Positions 40,535 through 49,216 of a DNA stretch of 64,000 nucleotides are shown here, piece by piece. Within the stretch, counting starts at the first letter, position 1; the number at the start of each line of letters is the position of its first letter. The notes beneath the pieces were generated by a model. That model was not told where the DNA came from and ran no database searches. It was given only the letters and a program-made list of their open reading frames with translations. The translations under genes and the position numbers were made by a program. Source of the stretch: Thermoanaerobaculia bacterium (GTDB taxonomy: Bacteria; Acidobacteriota; Thermoanaerobaculia; UBA5066); contig CAVRAY010000001.1 of NCBI GenBank assembly GCA_963719225.1, positions 2,912,001-2,976,000 of the forward strand, written 5' to 3'.

Positions 40535-42505
40535 ATGATCGAGCCCGACAGGCGCGAGTGGCTCGAAACGAACGGCCTCGGCGGGTACGCGATGTCGACG
40601 GTCACCGGCGAAAACACGCGCAGGTATCACGGTCTCCTCGTGGCGGCGACGAAACCGCCCGTGGGCCGCGTCGTGCTTCTCTCGAAGCTCGAGGAGACGC
40701 TCGTCGTCGCCGGTCGGCGGATCGACCTCTCGACGAACCGCTTCCCCGGCGTCACACACCCCGAGGGCTATCGGTTCCTGGAGGACTTCCGGAAGCATCC
40801 GTTCCCGACGTTCACGTGGGACGTGGACGGCGTCGTCCTGGAGAAGGAAGTCTTCATGCCGCGCGGCGAGAACGCCGTGTGGGTGACGTGGCGGATTCTG
40901 GATCGTGGTACGCAGGAGCGGTCGATCGGCCTCGAGGTGCGCCCCCTCGTCGCTTTCCGCGACTTCCACGCGCTGACGCACGAGAACGACGGGCTTGACC
41001 GGACGGTCGAGATCGCCGAGGGGAAGATCAGAATTGCTCCATACGGAGGTCTCCCCGAGCTCTTCATCGCGCACGACGGCAGCGCGGAGCGAGCTGGAGA
41101 CTGGTACAGATCCTTCGAGTATGAAGAGGAGAGGGCTCGAGGGTTCGACTTCAGCGAGGATCTGTGGCATCCGGTGACCCTCTCTTACTCATTCGAAGAA
41201 ACTCCCGGACGCGCGACCGCTCGCAGGGCCGCCAACTTCGTCGCTTCCACCTCCCCCCGCTCCGCATCCGACATTCACCTTCTAAGAAAAAACGAGCTCA
41301 CCCGGCGCGAGAACATCGCTGCAAAGGGTGGGCGCAGCCCATTCGTGCGCGCGCTCTTGCGCGCTTCCGACCAGTTCCTCGTCGCCCGCGGCAACCTGAC
41401 GACGGTGATCGCCGGCTACCCGTGGTTCTCCGACTGGGGCCGCGACACGATGATCTCGCTGCCGGGCCTCACGCTGACGACCGGCCGGCCGGAGGTGGCG
41501 AAGGAGATCCTCCTCGCGTTTTCGGAACACGTGGATCAGGGGATGCTCCCGAACCGCTTCCCGGACGCCGGAGACGCGGAGGAGCCGGAATACAACACCG
41601 TCGACGCGACGCTCTGGTACTTCGAGGCCGTGCGGCAGTACGTGGAGGCGACGGGCGACCTCGCGCTCGTCCGCGACCGCCTCTTCGGCGTCCTCGCGGA
41701 CATCGTCTCCTGGCACGAGCGCGGCACGCGCTACGGAATCCGCGTGGACGAAGACGGCCTCCTCGAATGGCACGCCTCCGGCGAGGCGCTCACGTGGATG
41801 GATGCGCGGATTGGAGGCCGACCGGTCACGCCGCGCGAGGGCAAGCCGGTCGAGATCCAGGCCCTGTGGTTCAACGCCCTCCGCACGATGAGCGACTTCG
41901 CGAGGAAGATCGGGGAAGAAAATTCTTCGAATGATTATCGGGCTCGTGCGGAGGTGTGCCGCGCGAGCTTTCTCTCGGTCTTCCCCGACGAGGGCGAAGG
42001 CCGCGGCCTCGTCGACTGCATCGACGGGACCTTCCGCGACCGCTCCATCCGCCCAAACCAGCTCTTCGCCGTGAGCCTCCACCACTCGATGGTTCCGAAG
42101 CCCCTCGCCCGAGGCGTCCTCGCGGTCGTCGAGGAGCACCTCCTGACGCCGTACGGTCTCCGCACGCTCTCACCGAGGGACCCGGCGTACCGCGGTCGCT
42201 ACGAAGGGGGACCGGCGGAGCGCGACTCGGCGTATCACCAGGGCACGGTGTGGCCGTGGCTCCTCGGGGCCTACGCGACGGCGTTCCGCCGGCTACACGG
42301 CGAAGGATCGAAGACCAAGAACGCGATCCGCCGCCTCCTCGCGCCGCTCCGGGATTTCCTGGTCGGCGACGGACTCGGGCAGCTTCCGGAGATCTTCGAC
42401 GGCGATGCGCCCCACCGACCGCGCGGCTGCCCGGCGCAAGCCTGGAGCGTCGCCGAGCTCCTGCGCGCAGCCGTCGACGCGAAAGCCCTGAAAACCCGGG
42501 AATAA
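40535..42505 (+). CDS. Amylo-alpha-1,6-glucosidase (glycogen debranching enzyme, archaeal type)
   Basis: EWLETNGLGGYA, AGYPWFSDWGRDTMI, LTWMDA, YHQGTVWPW, QAWSVAE. Confidence 0.93.
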   Translation: MIEPDRREWLETNGLGGYAMSTVTGENTRRYHGLLVAATKPPVGRVVLLSKLEETLVVAGRRIDLSTNRFPGVTHPEGYRFLEDFRKHPFPTFTWDVDGVVLEKEVFMPRGENAVWVTWRILDRGTQERSIGLEVRPLVAFRDFHALTHENDGLDRTVEIAEGKIRIAPYGGLPELFIAHDGSAERAGDWYRSFEYEEERARGFDFSEDLWHPVTLSYSFEETPGRATARRAANFVASTSPRSASDIHLLRKNELTRRENIAAKGGRSPFVRALLRASDQFLVARGNLTTVIAGYPWFSDWGRDTMISLPGLTLTTGRPEVAKEILLAFSEHVDQGMLPNRFPDAGDAEEPEYNTVDATLWYFEAVRQYVEATGDLALVRDRLFGVLADIVSWHERGTRYGIRVDEDGLLEWHASGEALTWMDARIGGRPVTPREGKPVEIQALWFNALRTMSDFARKIGEENSSNDYRARAEVCRASFLSVFPDEGEGRGLVDCIDGTFRDRSIRPNQLFAVSLHHSMVPKPLARGVLAVVEEHLLTPYGLRTLSPRDPAYRGRYEGGPAERDSAYHQGTVWPWLLGAYATAFRRLHGEGSKTKNAIRRLLAPLRDFLVGDGLGQLPEIFDGDAPHRPRGCPAQAWSVAELLRAAVDAKALKTRE

Positions 42506-42554
42506 GACGGATCCCTTCCGGCATCCACCCCTTCGAAGCCGAAAGGAGAGCCCA

Positions 42555-43037
42555 TTGAAGCTGGCCCGGCTCGTTCTGGGGCTCGACGCTCGAATGGCGA
42601 AACTCCTCGCGCCACTTTCAGACGTCGTGCTGCTCGTCCTACGAGCCACATGGGGATGGCAGTTCTTCCAGACGGGCCTCGGAAAGCTCCGGAACATCGA
42701 GCGCGTCATCACGTTCTTCACGTCCCTCGGGATTCCGGCCCCGGCCCTGAGCGCGTATTTCGTCGGAACGCTCGAGATGGCCGGAGGTCTGCTCCTGCTC
42801 GTGGGCCTTTTCGCGCGCCCCGTCGCCCTTCTCCTCGCAGGGAACATGGTCGTGGCCTATCTCACCGCTGACCGCGGTGCGCTCTTCGGCGTTCTTTCCA
42901 ACCTCGAAGCCTTCCAGAAGGCGGATCCCTTCATGTTCCTCCTCGTCTCCGTGATCGTCCTCGCGTTCGGTGCGGGCGCCGTATCACTGGATCGCCTCAT
43001 GCAAAAGGCCGGAGCGGCTGATCCAGGTCCTCCGTGA
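42555..43037 (+). CDS. DoxX family membrane protein (BufD-like)
   Basis: LR...GW.FFQTGLGKL, E..GGLLLL.GL..R, GAG..SLD; TTG start with GGAG RBS. Confidence 0.9.
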   Translation: MKLARLVLGLDARMAKLLAPLSDVVLLVLRATWGWQFFQTGLGKLRNIERVITFFTSLGIPAPALSAYFVGTLEMAGGLLLLVGLFARPVALLLAGNMVVAYLTADRGALFGVLSNLEAFQKADPFMFLLVSVIVLAFGAGAVSLDRLMQKAGAADPGPP

Positions 43038-43163
43038 CGTCCGTATGGAATGGAGTCGATTTTGCGACATAATCTCGTTCTCATACACGCCGCAATGCTA
43101 CGCATCGCCGGAAAAGCAGAAGAATCACCCCCAAAACTGCAAAGGAACTCCAAGGAGGCACCC

Positions 43164-43547
43164 ATGAATCGTCGCCAGTTCGCCACCACCCTCGGAGCCG
43201 CGGTCGCGGGCATCGTCGCCGGGAAAGCCCTCCTCGCCGACGACAAGCCGGCCGAGTCCGCCAAACCCAAGGACCACGTTTGCGCGGGCAAGAACGGATG
43301 TAAGGGCCAGGGCGCCTGTACCACGAAGGACAACGCGTGCGCCGGCCAGAACGCCTGCAAGGGCAAGGGCGGCTGCGCCTCGGCGTCCATGAAACACGAC
43401 TGTTCCGGGAAGAACGAGTGCCATGGCGCGGGCGGCTGCGCCACGAAAGACCACAAGTGCGCCGGCCTGAACGACTGCAAGGGCAAGGGGGGCTGCGCGG
43501 TTCCGCTCAAGAAGAAGGCGGCTCCCGCGGCGCCGAAGGCAAGCTGA
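43164..43547 (+). CDS. Cys-rich RiPP/metallophore precursor (BufA2-like) with twin-arginine-like leader
   Basis: MNRRQF.. signal; 4 x CxGxNxCxGxGxC (12 Cys); AAGGAGG RBS; directly upstream of DUF692. Confidence 0.85.
   Translation: MNRRQFATTLGAAVAGIVAGKALLADDKPAESAKPKDHVCAGKNGCKGQGACTTKDNACAGQNACKGKGGCASASMKHDCSGKNECHGAGGCATKDHKCAGLNDCKGKGGCAVPLKKKAAPAAPKAS
43281..43496 (+). repeat. Four intragenic Cys-rich repeats (CAGKNGCKGQGAC, CAGQNACKGKGGC, CSGKNECHGAGGC, CAGLNDCKGKGGC)
   Basis: Read directly from the translation. Confidence 0.9.
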
Positions 43548-43558
43548 TTCTTCTTCCC

Positions 43559-44431
43559 ATGGGAGACCGGTTCGGATTGCCCGATCTCGGCGTGGGGGTC
43601 GGGCTCCGCACGGTCCACTTCGGACACGTCCTCTCGAAGGCGCCCGACGTGGACTTCTTCGAGGCCCTCACCGAGAACTTTCTCGATACGGGCGGGCGGC
43701 CGCGCTACGTGCTCGACCGCGTCGCTGAGCGCTATCCGATCGTCCTCCACGGCGTCTCGATGTCCATCGGGGGGGCGGACCCTCTCGACCTCGGTTACCT
43801 GAAGAAGGTCAAGGCGCTCGCCGCGCGCGTGAACGCGCAGTGGGTGTCGGATCACCTCTGCTTCACCGGAGTTTCGGGGCGCAACACACACGACCTGCTC
43901 CCCCTGCCGTACAACGAGGAGACTCTGCGCCACGTCGTGTCCCGCGTGAAGCAGGCCTCCGACGCCCTCGAGCAGCCCCTCGTCCTCGAGAACCCGTCCT
44001 CGTACCTGGAGTTCCGGTCCTCGACGATGTCCGAGGCCGCGTTCTTCGCGCGCCTCCTGGAGGACGCAGACTGCGGGATGCTGCTCGACGTGAACAACGT
44101 CTACGTGAGTTCCGTGAACCACGGGTTCGATCCCGTCGCCTATCTCGATGCGATTCCGGCGGACCGAGTCGTGCAGTACCACCTCGCCGGCCACACCGAC
44201 AAGGGCACTCACCTCCTCGACACGCACAGCGCGCGCATGAAGAGGGACGTCTGGAAGCTCTATGCGCACGCGATCGCCCGCACGGGGCCGCGCACCACGC
44301 TGTACGAATGGGACGAGGACATCCCGAGCTTCAAGACCCTCCACGGCGAGGCGAAGAAGGCCTTCAGGTATCGCCCGCCCTTCGTGCGCGAATCCCGCTT
44401 CGACGCTCCGCGGCGGGCTGCCCGTGCCTGA
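43559..44431 (+). CDS. MNIO (DUF692) multinuclear non-heme iron oxidative enzyme
   Basis: G.GLR..H, ENF, HGVSMSIGG, SDHLC, HDLLPLP, ENPS, LLDVNNVYV, HLAGH, DTH, EWD. Confidence 0.95.
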   Translation: MGDRFGLPDLGVGVGLRTVHFGHVLSKAPDVDFFEALTENFLDTGGRPRYVLDRVAERYPIVLHGVSMSIGGADPLDLGYLKKVKALAARVNAQWVSDHLCFTGVSGRNTHDLLPLPYNEETLRHVVSRVKQASDALEQPLVLENPSSYLEFRSSTMSEAAFFARLLEDADCGMLLDVNNVYVSSVNHGFDPVAYLDAIPADRVVQYHLAGHTDKGTHLLDTHSARMKRDVWKLYAHAIARTGPRTTLYEWDEDIPSFKTLHGEAKKAFRYRPPFVRESRFDAPRRAARA

Positions 44432-45254
44432 GCTGCCGCGTCTCGAGCGTTGGATGCAGGCTGTGATCGTGCACCCGGCCGGCGTCGAAAAAGCCGTCCG
44501 CGCCCCGTCCGCGACGCGCCACTTGAGAGTTGCCGAAGCGCGCCGGGCGATCCTCCCTTCCCGGACGATGGAGCCCCTCGAGCGGCTCGCGGTCTATCAG
44601 GGGATGTTCCCGCTGCGCATGCACGATGCGCTGGCGGCCGATTATCCCGGCGTCGCCGCCTTCCTCGGACCCGAACGCTTCTTCGAATTCGTCCTCGCCT
44701 ACGTGGCGGTCCATCCCTCCCGCAGCTACACGTTCGCCCACCTCGGCACCCACGTGCCTGAGTTCCTGAGGAGAACGCGTCGCTTCTACCCCGCTCCCTT
44801 CCTCCACGACCTCGCGCGTCTCGAGCGCGCGATCACCGAGGTGTTCGAAGTCGACGAAGAGGGCGCGCAGCACCCGGTGCGACCGCTCCGCCACGTCGCC
44901 GCGGATTGGGAGTCGCGGCGCTTCGCCACGCCCTCGACGCTTCGGCTTCTCGCATTCGACCACGCCGCGGGAGCCGCGCTCGACGCGCTGAAGGCGGGGA
45001 AGCGTCCGCAAACCCGCCCGCGCGCGACGTGGACGGCGCTGCACCGCCGCCGCTACGCGGTCTACCGTCTCGAGCTGACGCGGCAGGAATTCCATCTCCT
45101 CGGCGCCCTCGCGAAGGGACGGACGCTCGGGGCGGCGCTTCGCGCGGCGGCCCGCGCATTTGGGAAAACGCTCGAGCCGCGCGCCGTCACGCGCGCGTTT
45201 CGCACCTTCACCGCGGAAGGCCTGCTTGCGGGGGTTGAGGGAAATCGATCCTAG
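44424..45254 (+). CDS. DUF2063 (HvfC/BufC-like) MNIO partner protein
   Basis: RLAVY....R...AL..DYP.V...LG...F......Y...HPS.S, DLARLE.A. Confidence 0.88.
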   Translation: MPELPRLERWMQAVIVHPAGVEKAVRAPSATRHLRVAEARRAILPSRTMEPLERLAVYQGMFPLRMHDALAADYPGVAAFLGPERFFEFVLAYVAVHPSRSYTFAHLGTHVPEFLRRTRRFYPAPFLHDLARLERAITEVFEVDEEGAQHPVRPLRHVAADWESRRFATPSTLRLLAFDHAAGAALDALKAGKRPQTRPRATWTALHRRRYAVYRLELTRQEFHLLGALAKGRTLGAALRAAARAFGKTLEPRAVTRAFRTFTAEGLLAGVEGNRS

Positions 45255-45484
45255 GGCTTCGGTGCGCGCGGCGGCAGATCGCACGCCTGCGGATCCGACT
45301 GGAAGCCGATCTTGTTGTGGGTGCCGTCGCAGAACGGCTTGCTCGCGGACCCGCCGCAGCGGCAAAAGGCGATCGTCGTGCGGCCGCCGAGCCCGAACGC
45401 CTTCTCCGTGCCGTCCACGACGTTGACGTCCCCGGTCACGAGGAGCGGGCCGTTCGGCTTCACCAGAATCTTGACGTCGCTCAT
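45251..45484 (-). CDS. CDGSH iron-sulfur domain protein
   Basis: NGPLLV, CRCGGSASKPFCDGTH. Confidence 0.93.
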   Translation of the reverse strand: MSDVKILVKPNGPLLVTGDVNVVDGTEKAFGLGGRTTIAFCRCGGSASKPFCDGTHNKIGFQSDPQACDLPPRAPKP

Positions 45485-45493
45485 CTCATCACC

Positions 45494-46003
45494 TCAATGC
45501 GGCTTCTTCTCGAGATCGAGGAAGCGCTTCTTCGCGGTCTTCAGGAAATCGAACGCGCGTCCCTTGCCCGACCAGCCCTCGAGCGTCACGTTCGCGGCGA
45601 GGCCGGGGCGCGAGACGACGAGGGTCGGAAATCCGCGCAGCCGATAGCGCTCCGCGAGCGCGAGCATCTCCGGGGAGTTCTGCCCGGTTTCGCGCATGCG
45701 ATCCACTACCTCGATCGGGACGAAGTCCTTCTCGACCTGGGCCGCCGTCTCCGGTACCGCGAAGACCTGCCCTTGGAGCTGCCGGCAGGGCTCGCACCAT
45801 CCGGCCGTGAAGAAGTAGAGCGCGGGCTTTCCGCTCTTCTTCGCCTCGGCATCACCGGCGGTGATCGAGCGCCACTTGATCGGTTCCTTGCCATGCGCGG
45901 CCTTCCTGAAGCTCGTATCCGATCGTGAAGGACCGGGCACGGCCAGAACGATCGCGAGGAAGGCGCCGAGCAACGGGGGAAGGGGCCGGGGGACACGCAT
46001 CAT
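45494..46003 (-). CDS. Secreted thioredoxin family protein
   Basis: Signal peptide; KP.LYFFTAGWCEPC; GFPTLVV. Confidence 0.88.
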   Translation of the reverse strand: MMRVPRPLPPLLGAFLAIVLAVPGPSRSDTSFRKAAHGKEPIKWRSITAGDAEAKKSGKPALYFFTAGWCEPCRQLQGQVFAVPETAAQVEKDFVPIEVVDRMRETGQNSPEMLALAERYRLRGFPTLVVSRPGLAANVTLEGWSGKGRAFDFLKTAKKRFLDLEKKPH

Positions 46004-46047
46004 TTCGATCTTAACAGCGGCGAATCGCCGCCGCACGCCGACAGGTC

Positions 46048-48009
46048 TCACCGCGCTTCGGGAAGGTCGGAAAGGAACGCGCGCAGGGACCGCGGCCATT
46101 CCGAAGGCGGACGCGCGAGCGCCTGCCTCAGCGTGACCGTCCGGATCCCGCGCCCCGCTTGGGAGAGGAGGGCGGCGGCCACGGCGTCCTGACCCGCGTC
46201 GCGCGCCGCGAGCGCCCGGACGAGGGCGACGACCGGAGCGTTCAGGACCCGCTCGGGCAGAGAGTCGAGAAACGCCCGGGCGTCCTCCATCCGCCCCGAA
46301 AGTCTCAGCGCTTCCGCCCGGAGGGCGGCGGTGTACGCGGAGGGCGAAACTTCGAAGAGCTTCCTGGCGAGGCGGGAGGCGCGATCCGGACGCGCGATGT
46401 CCAGATTCCGCAGCGTCTGATCCGCGAGCCCCGCGATCCAGGCGGTGCTGTACGTGCCCGGCCGCTCACCGTCGGGTCGCCCGAAGCACATGAAGAGGTG
46501 CGGCCACCGGAACCTGGAGGCGAGGTACCGCACGAGCGGCGTCTGCGTCGTGATCTGCGGCGAGTCGGCCGGAAGGCGCGGAACGGCATCGGGGCTCGTC
46601 GCGAGCCACGGAGGCGAAGCGAGGCGGCGCCTGCGCTCGTCGTCGTCACGCTCGGCGATGCGGTTCGCGAGGAGAAACGGATGAACCCGGAACGCCGAGA
46701 AGGCGGGGTCTGAAGCCGCAGGCACGTAGCGAGGCAGCCAGTACGTCCCCTCACGGCTCTCCGGCGGCCGGAAGGAAACGGGGTACTCCTCGTACAGCGC
46801 ACGTGGGACGCGCGCGAGCCCCGTGGCCGAAACGTAGTAGAACGTGGCCGCCTCGGCCTGAAACGTCCCGAGTGCGTTCACCCCGATGCCGAGGACGACG
46901 AGCCCGACGCCGGCGGCGCGTCGCGCGGGCGTCCCGACGGCCGTGCCCGCCGCCGAGGCGAGAAGCGGGACGAGCGGGACCAGGAAGCGCGGTCCCCACC
47001 CCCCGCTGCCGTCCCAGGCCCACCAGCCCGAGTAGAGCGCGAGCGTTCCCGCCGTGAGAGCGAGCATCGAGGCCGCGGCGCCGCGCGTCTCCCGCCCGCG
47101 AACGAGGGAGACGAGGCCGACCGCGGCGAGGAGACCCAGCGGGAAATAGAGCAGGAGCCCCTTGTTCGGGCCGACCAGGAGGCGCCAGGCCCCGTCGAGG
47201 GGCGGATGTGAGAAGAACTGCCCGCGCGAGTAGGAAGAGAAAGGGCGGCCGAAGCGAACGAATTCGAACGTGAGCATGGCCGCGATCGGGACGGCGATGC
47301 CCGCGAGAGCCGCGGCCCAGGCCCTCGACTTCTCACGCGCCGGAGGCCACGCGCCGGCGAGAAGCGGCAGCAGCGGCAGCGGGACGAAGAGGAGGTTCAC
47401 GACCTTCGTAAGCGCGAGAAAACCGGCGCAGAAGCCCGCGGCGAAGCCGAGCTCGAGAGCCCGCTTTCCTTCCGTCCGGCTCGCGCGGACCGCGAGCATC
47501 ACGGCGAATACGAGACACACGGCCTGGAGCGGCTCGGTGAACCCGCAGGCCGTGTACGGCCAGAGAGGCGAGGCGAGGGCCGTCCCGAACACGGCTAGGC
47601 CCTGGCCGAAAAGGCCCGCGCCCAGCAGCTTTGCGAGGAGGCCGGCTCCGCCGGCCGCCGCCGTCACGAGGAGGACTTGCAGGAGAACGAAGAGAGTCTG
47701 CGAGGTCCGCGCTCCAAAACGTGCCTCCCACGGGCCCGCAGCGAGGGCGAAAGGCACCTCGAGCAGCGGCAGGCCCATGCCGTAGGGCGAAACCGCGTCG
47801 CCGGCCGGCCGCGGGATGGCGAACGTCTGCCCGCGGGCGATCCCGACCTCGAAGGTCTCGGCGATCGAGATCGCCGTATAGAGCATCTGCTGCTCGTCGG
47901 AGACCGTCCCGAAGGTCCGCTCTTCCGCCGTCCCGGCGAGCAGGAGGAAGACGGCGAGTACCGAAAGACCGAGCGCACGCGGCGCGCTCTTCAGGGACGG
48001 GAGGGCCAT
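46048..48009 (-). CDS. GT-C-fold glycosyltransferase-like membrane protein
   Basis: SPYGMG, LWPY...F.EP, GPNKGLLLYFP, WWAWDG..GWGPRFL.P; paralog of 464-2488. Confidence 0.65.
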   Translation of the reverse strand: MALPSLKSAPRALGLSVLAVFLLLAGTAEERTFGTVSDEQQMLYTAISIAETFEVGIARGQTFAIPRPAGDAVSPYGMGLPLLEVPFALAAGPWEARFGARTSQTLFVLLQVLLVTAAAGGAGLLAKLLGAGLFGQGLAVFGTALASPLWPYTACGFTEPLQAVCLVFAVMLAVRASRTEGKRALELGFAAGFCAGFLALTKVVNLLFVPLPLLPLLAGAWPPAREKSRAWAAALAGIAVPIAAMLTFEFVRFGRPFSSYSRGQFFSHPPLDGAWRLLVGPNKGLLLYFPLGLLAAVGLVSLVRGRETRGAAASMLALTAGTLALYSGWWAWDGSGGWGPRFLVPLVPLLASAAGTAVGTPARRAAGVGLVVLGIGVNALGTFQAEAATFYYVSATGLARVPRALYEEYPVSFRPPESREGTYWLPRYVPAASDPAFSAFRVHPFLLANRIAERDDDERRRRLASPPWLATSPDAVPRLPADSPQITTQTPLVRYLASRFRWPHLFMCFGRPDGERPGTYSTAWIAGLADQTLRNLDIARPDRASRLARKLFEVSPSAYTAALRAEALRLSGRMEDARAFLDSLPERVLNAPVVALVRALAARDAGQDAVAAALLSQAGRGIRTVTLRQALARPPSEWPRSLRAFLSDLPEAR

Positions 48010-48584
48010 CTCTCCGTCACCTTCCGCTCCGATCCGGCGAGAGCGCGCCTCACCGCGGCGTCGGGCTCGGTCTCCACCGCGAAGTACTCGGCTCCGTCGC
48101 GGGCGAATCCCTGATCCGCGACGTGCCGCAGGGCGGTGAGGAGAGGGTCGAAATAGCCGGAGCCGTTGAAGAGGACGATCGGCCGCGAATGGTGGCCGAG
48201 CTGGCGCCACGTCACGATCTCGAAGAACTCGTCGAGCGTCCCGAAGCCTCCGGCGAGGGCCAGGAAACCGGCCGCCACTTCCGACATCCGCGCCTTGCGC
48301 TCGTGCATCGTCGTCACGACGTCGAGATGCGTGAGGCCGCCGTGCGCGACCTCCTTTTCCGCGAGGCCCGCCGGGATCACGCCGTAGACGGGCGCGCCCT
48401 CCTCGAGGGCCGCGTCCGCGAGGATCCCCATGAGCCCGACGCGCCCGCCGCCGTAGACGAGGCCCGCGCCGGCGCGAGCGATCGCGCGCCCGACGGCCGC
48501 CGCGTCTTCGGCGTGCACAGGCGAAAGTCCGGTGCGCGCGCCGCAGAAGACCGCGAGCATGGGCCGGTCGAAAGTGCGTGGCAT
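47991..48584 (-). CDS. LOG family protein (TIGR00730)
   Basis: AVFCGA, LVYGGG..GLMG, MHERKA.M, GGFGTLDE. Confidence 0.92.
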   Translation of the reverse strand: MPRTFDRPMLAVFCGARTGLSPVHAEDAAAVGRAIARAGAGLVYGGGRVGLMGILADAALEEGAPVYGVIPAGLAEKEVAHGGLTHLDVVTTMHERKARMSEVAAGFLALAGGFGTLDEFFEIVTWRQLGHHSRPIVLFNGSGYFDPLLTALRHVADQGFARDGAEYFAVETEPDAAVRRALAGSERKVTERWPSRP

Positions 48585-48632
48585 TCCGGAATGATGCCCG
48601 AACGGCCCTCCCGGGCTGTTAAGGTCGCCCGC

Positions 48633-49205
48633 GTGAGCCGGCCCGCGCCGCTCGATCCCGCCCGCGCGGCACTTCGTGACGCGCTCCTGCGGCACACCCC
48701 TGTGGACGCCGAGGAGGCGGACGACCTGAAGGAGATCCTCCTCCTCGTTGAGCGCGAGCGGGCCTGCTTTTCGCGCCATACGTTTTCTCCCGGGCACGTC
48801 ACGGGCAGCGCGTTCGTGGCCTGCCGTTCGACGGGGAATGTCCTCCTCCACCATCACCGGAGGCTCGACGCGTGGCTCCAGCTCGGAGGGCACGACGACG
48901 GAGAGCACGACCCGCGTGCGACCGCGCTGAGGGAGGCGGAGGAGGAATCGGGATTGAAGGACCTCGTCCTCCTGTCAGACGAGATCCTCGACGTCGACGT
49001 GCACGACATCCCCGCCGCGAAGGGCGAACCGCCCCACAAACATCACGACGTTCGTTACGCGCTCGAGACGAGACGCCCGGACAAAATTCAACGCGACGCG
49101 GGAGAGTCGCTCGACCTGGCCTGGTTCACGCTGGAGGCGGCGGCGGAAAAGATGAACGAGCCTGGCGCGCGGCGGGCACTGGCCCGTTTGGCGAAGCTCC
49201 TCTAG
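48633..49205 (+). CDS. NUDIX hydrolase
   Basis: GHVTGSA, HH.RL..WLQLGGH, Nudix box ALREAEEESGL, H.HHDVRY. Confidence 0.9.
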   Translation: MSRPAPLDPARAALRDALLRHTPVDAEEADDLKEILLLVERERACFSRHTFSPGHVTGSAFVACRSTGNVLLHHHRRLDAWLQLGGHDDGEHDPRATALREAEEESGLKDLVLLSDEILDVDVHDIPAAKGEPPHKHHDVRYALETRRPDKIQRDAGESLDLAWFTLEAAAEKMNEPGARRALARLAKLL

Positions 49206-49216
49206 AACCGCCTGGA

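Noticed and set aside
42509-42537. Possible ECF-sigma promoter (GGATCC...CGAA) upstream of doxX
   Set aside because: The 19-bp spacing and weak match are insufficient, and no ECF sigma gene is in the window.
43035-43163. DoxX TGA is in frame with the ORF leading into the precursor (possible readthrough or Sec)
   Set aside because: The intervening sequence looks intergenic, has no SECIS-like hairpin, and the precursor has its own strong RBS.
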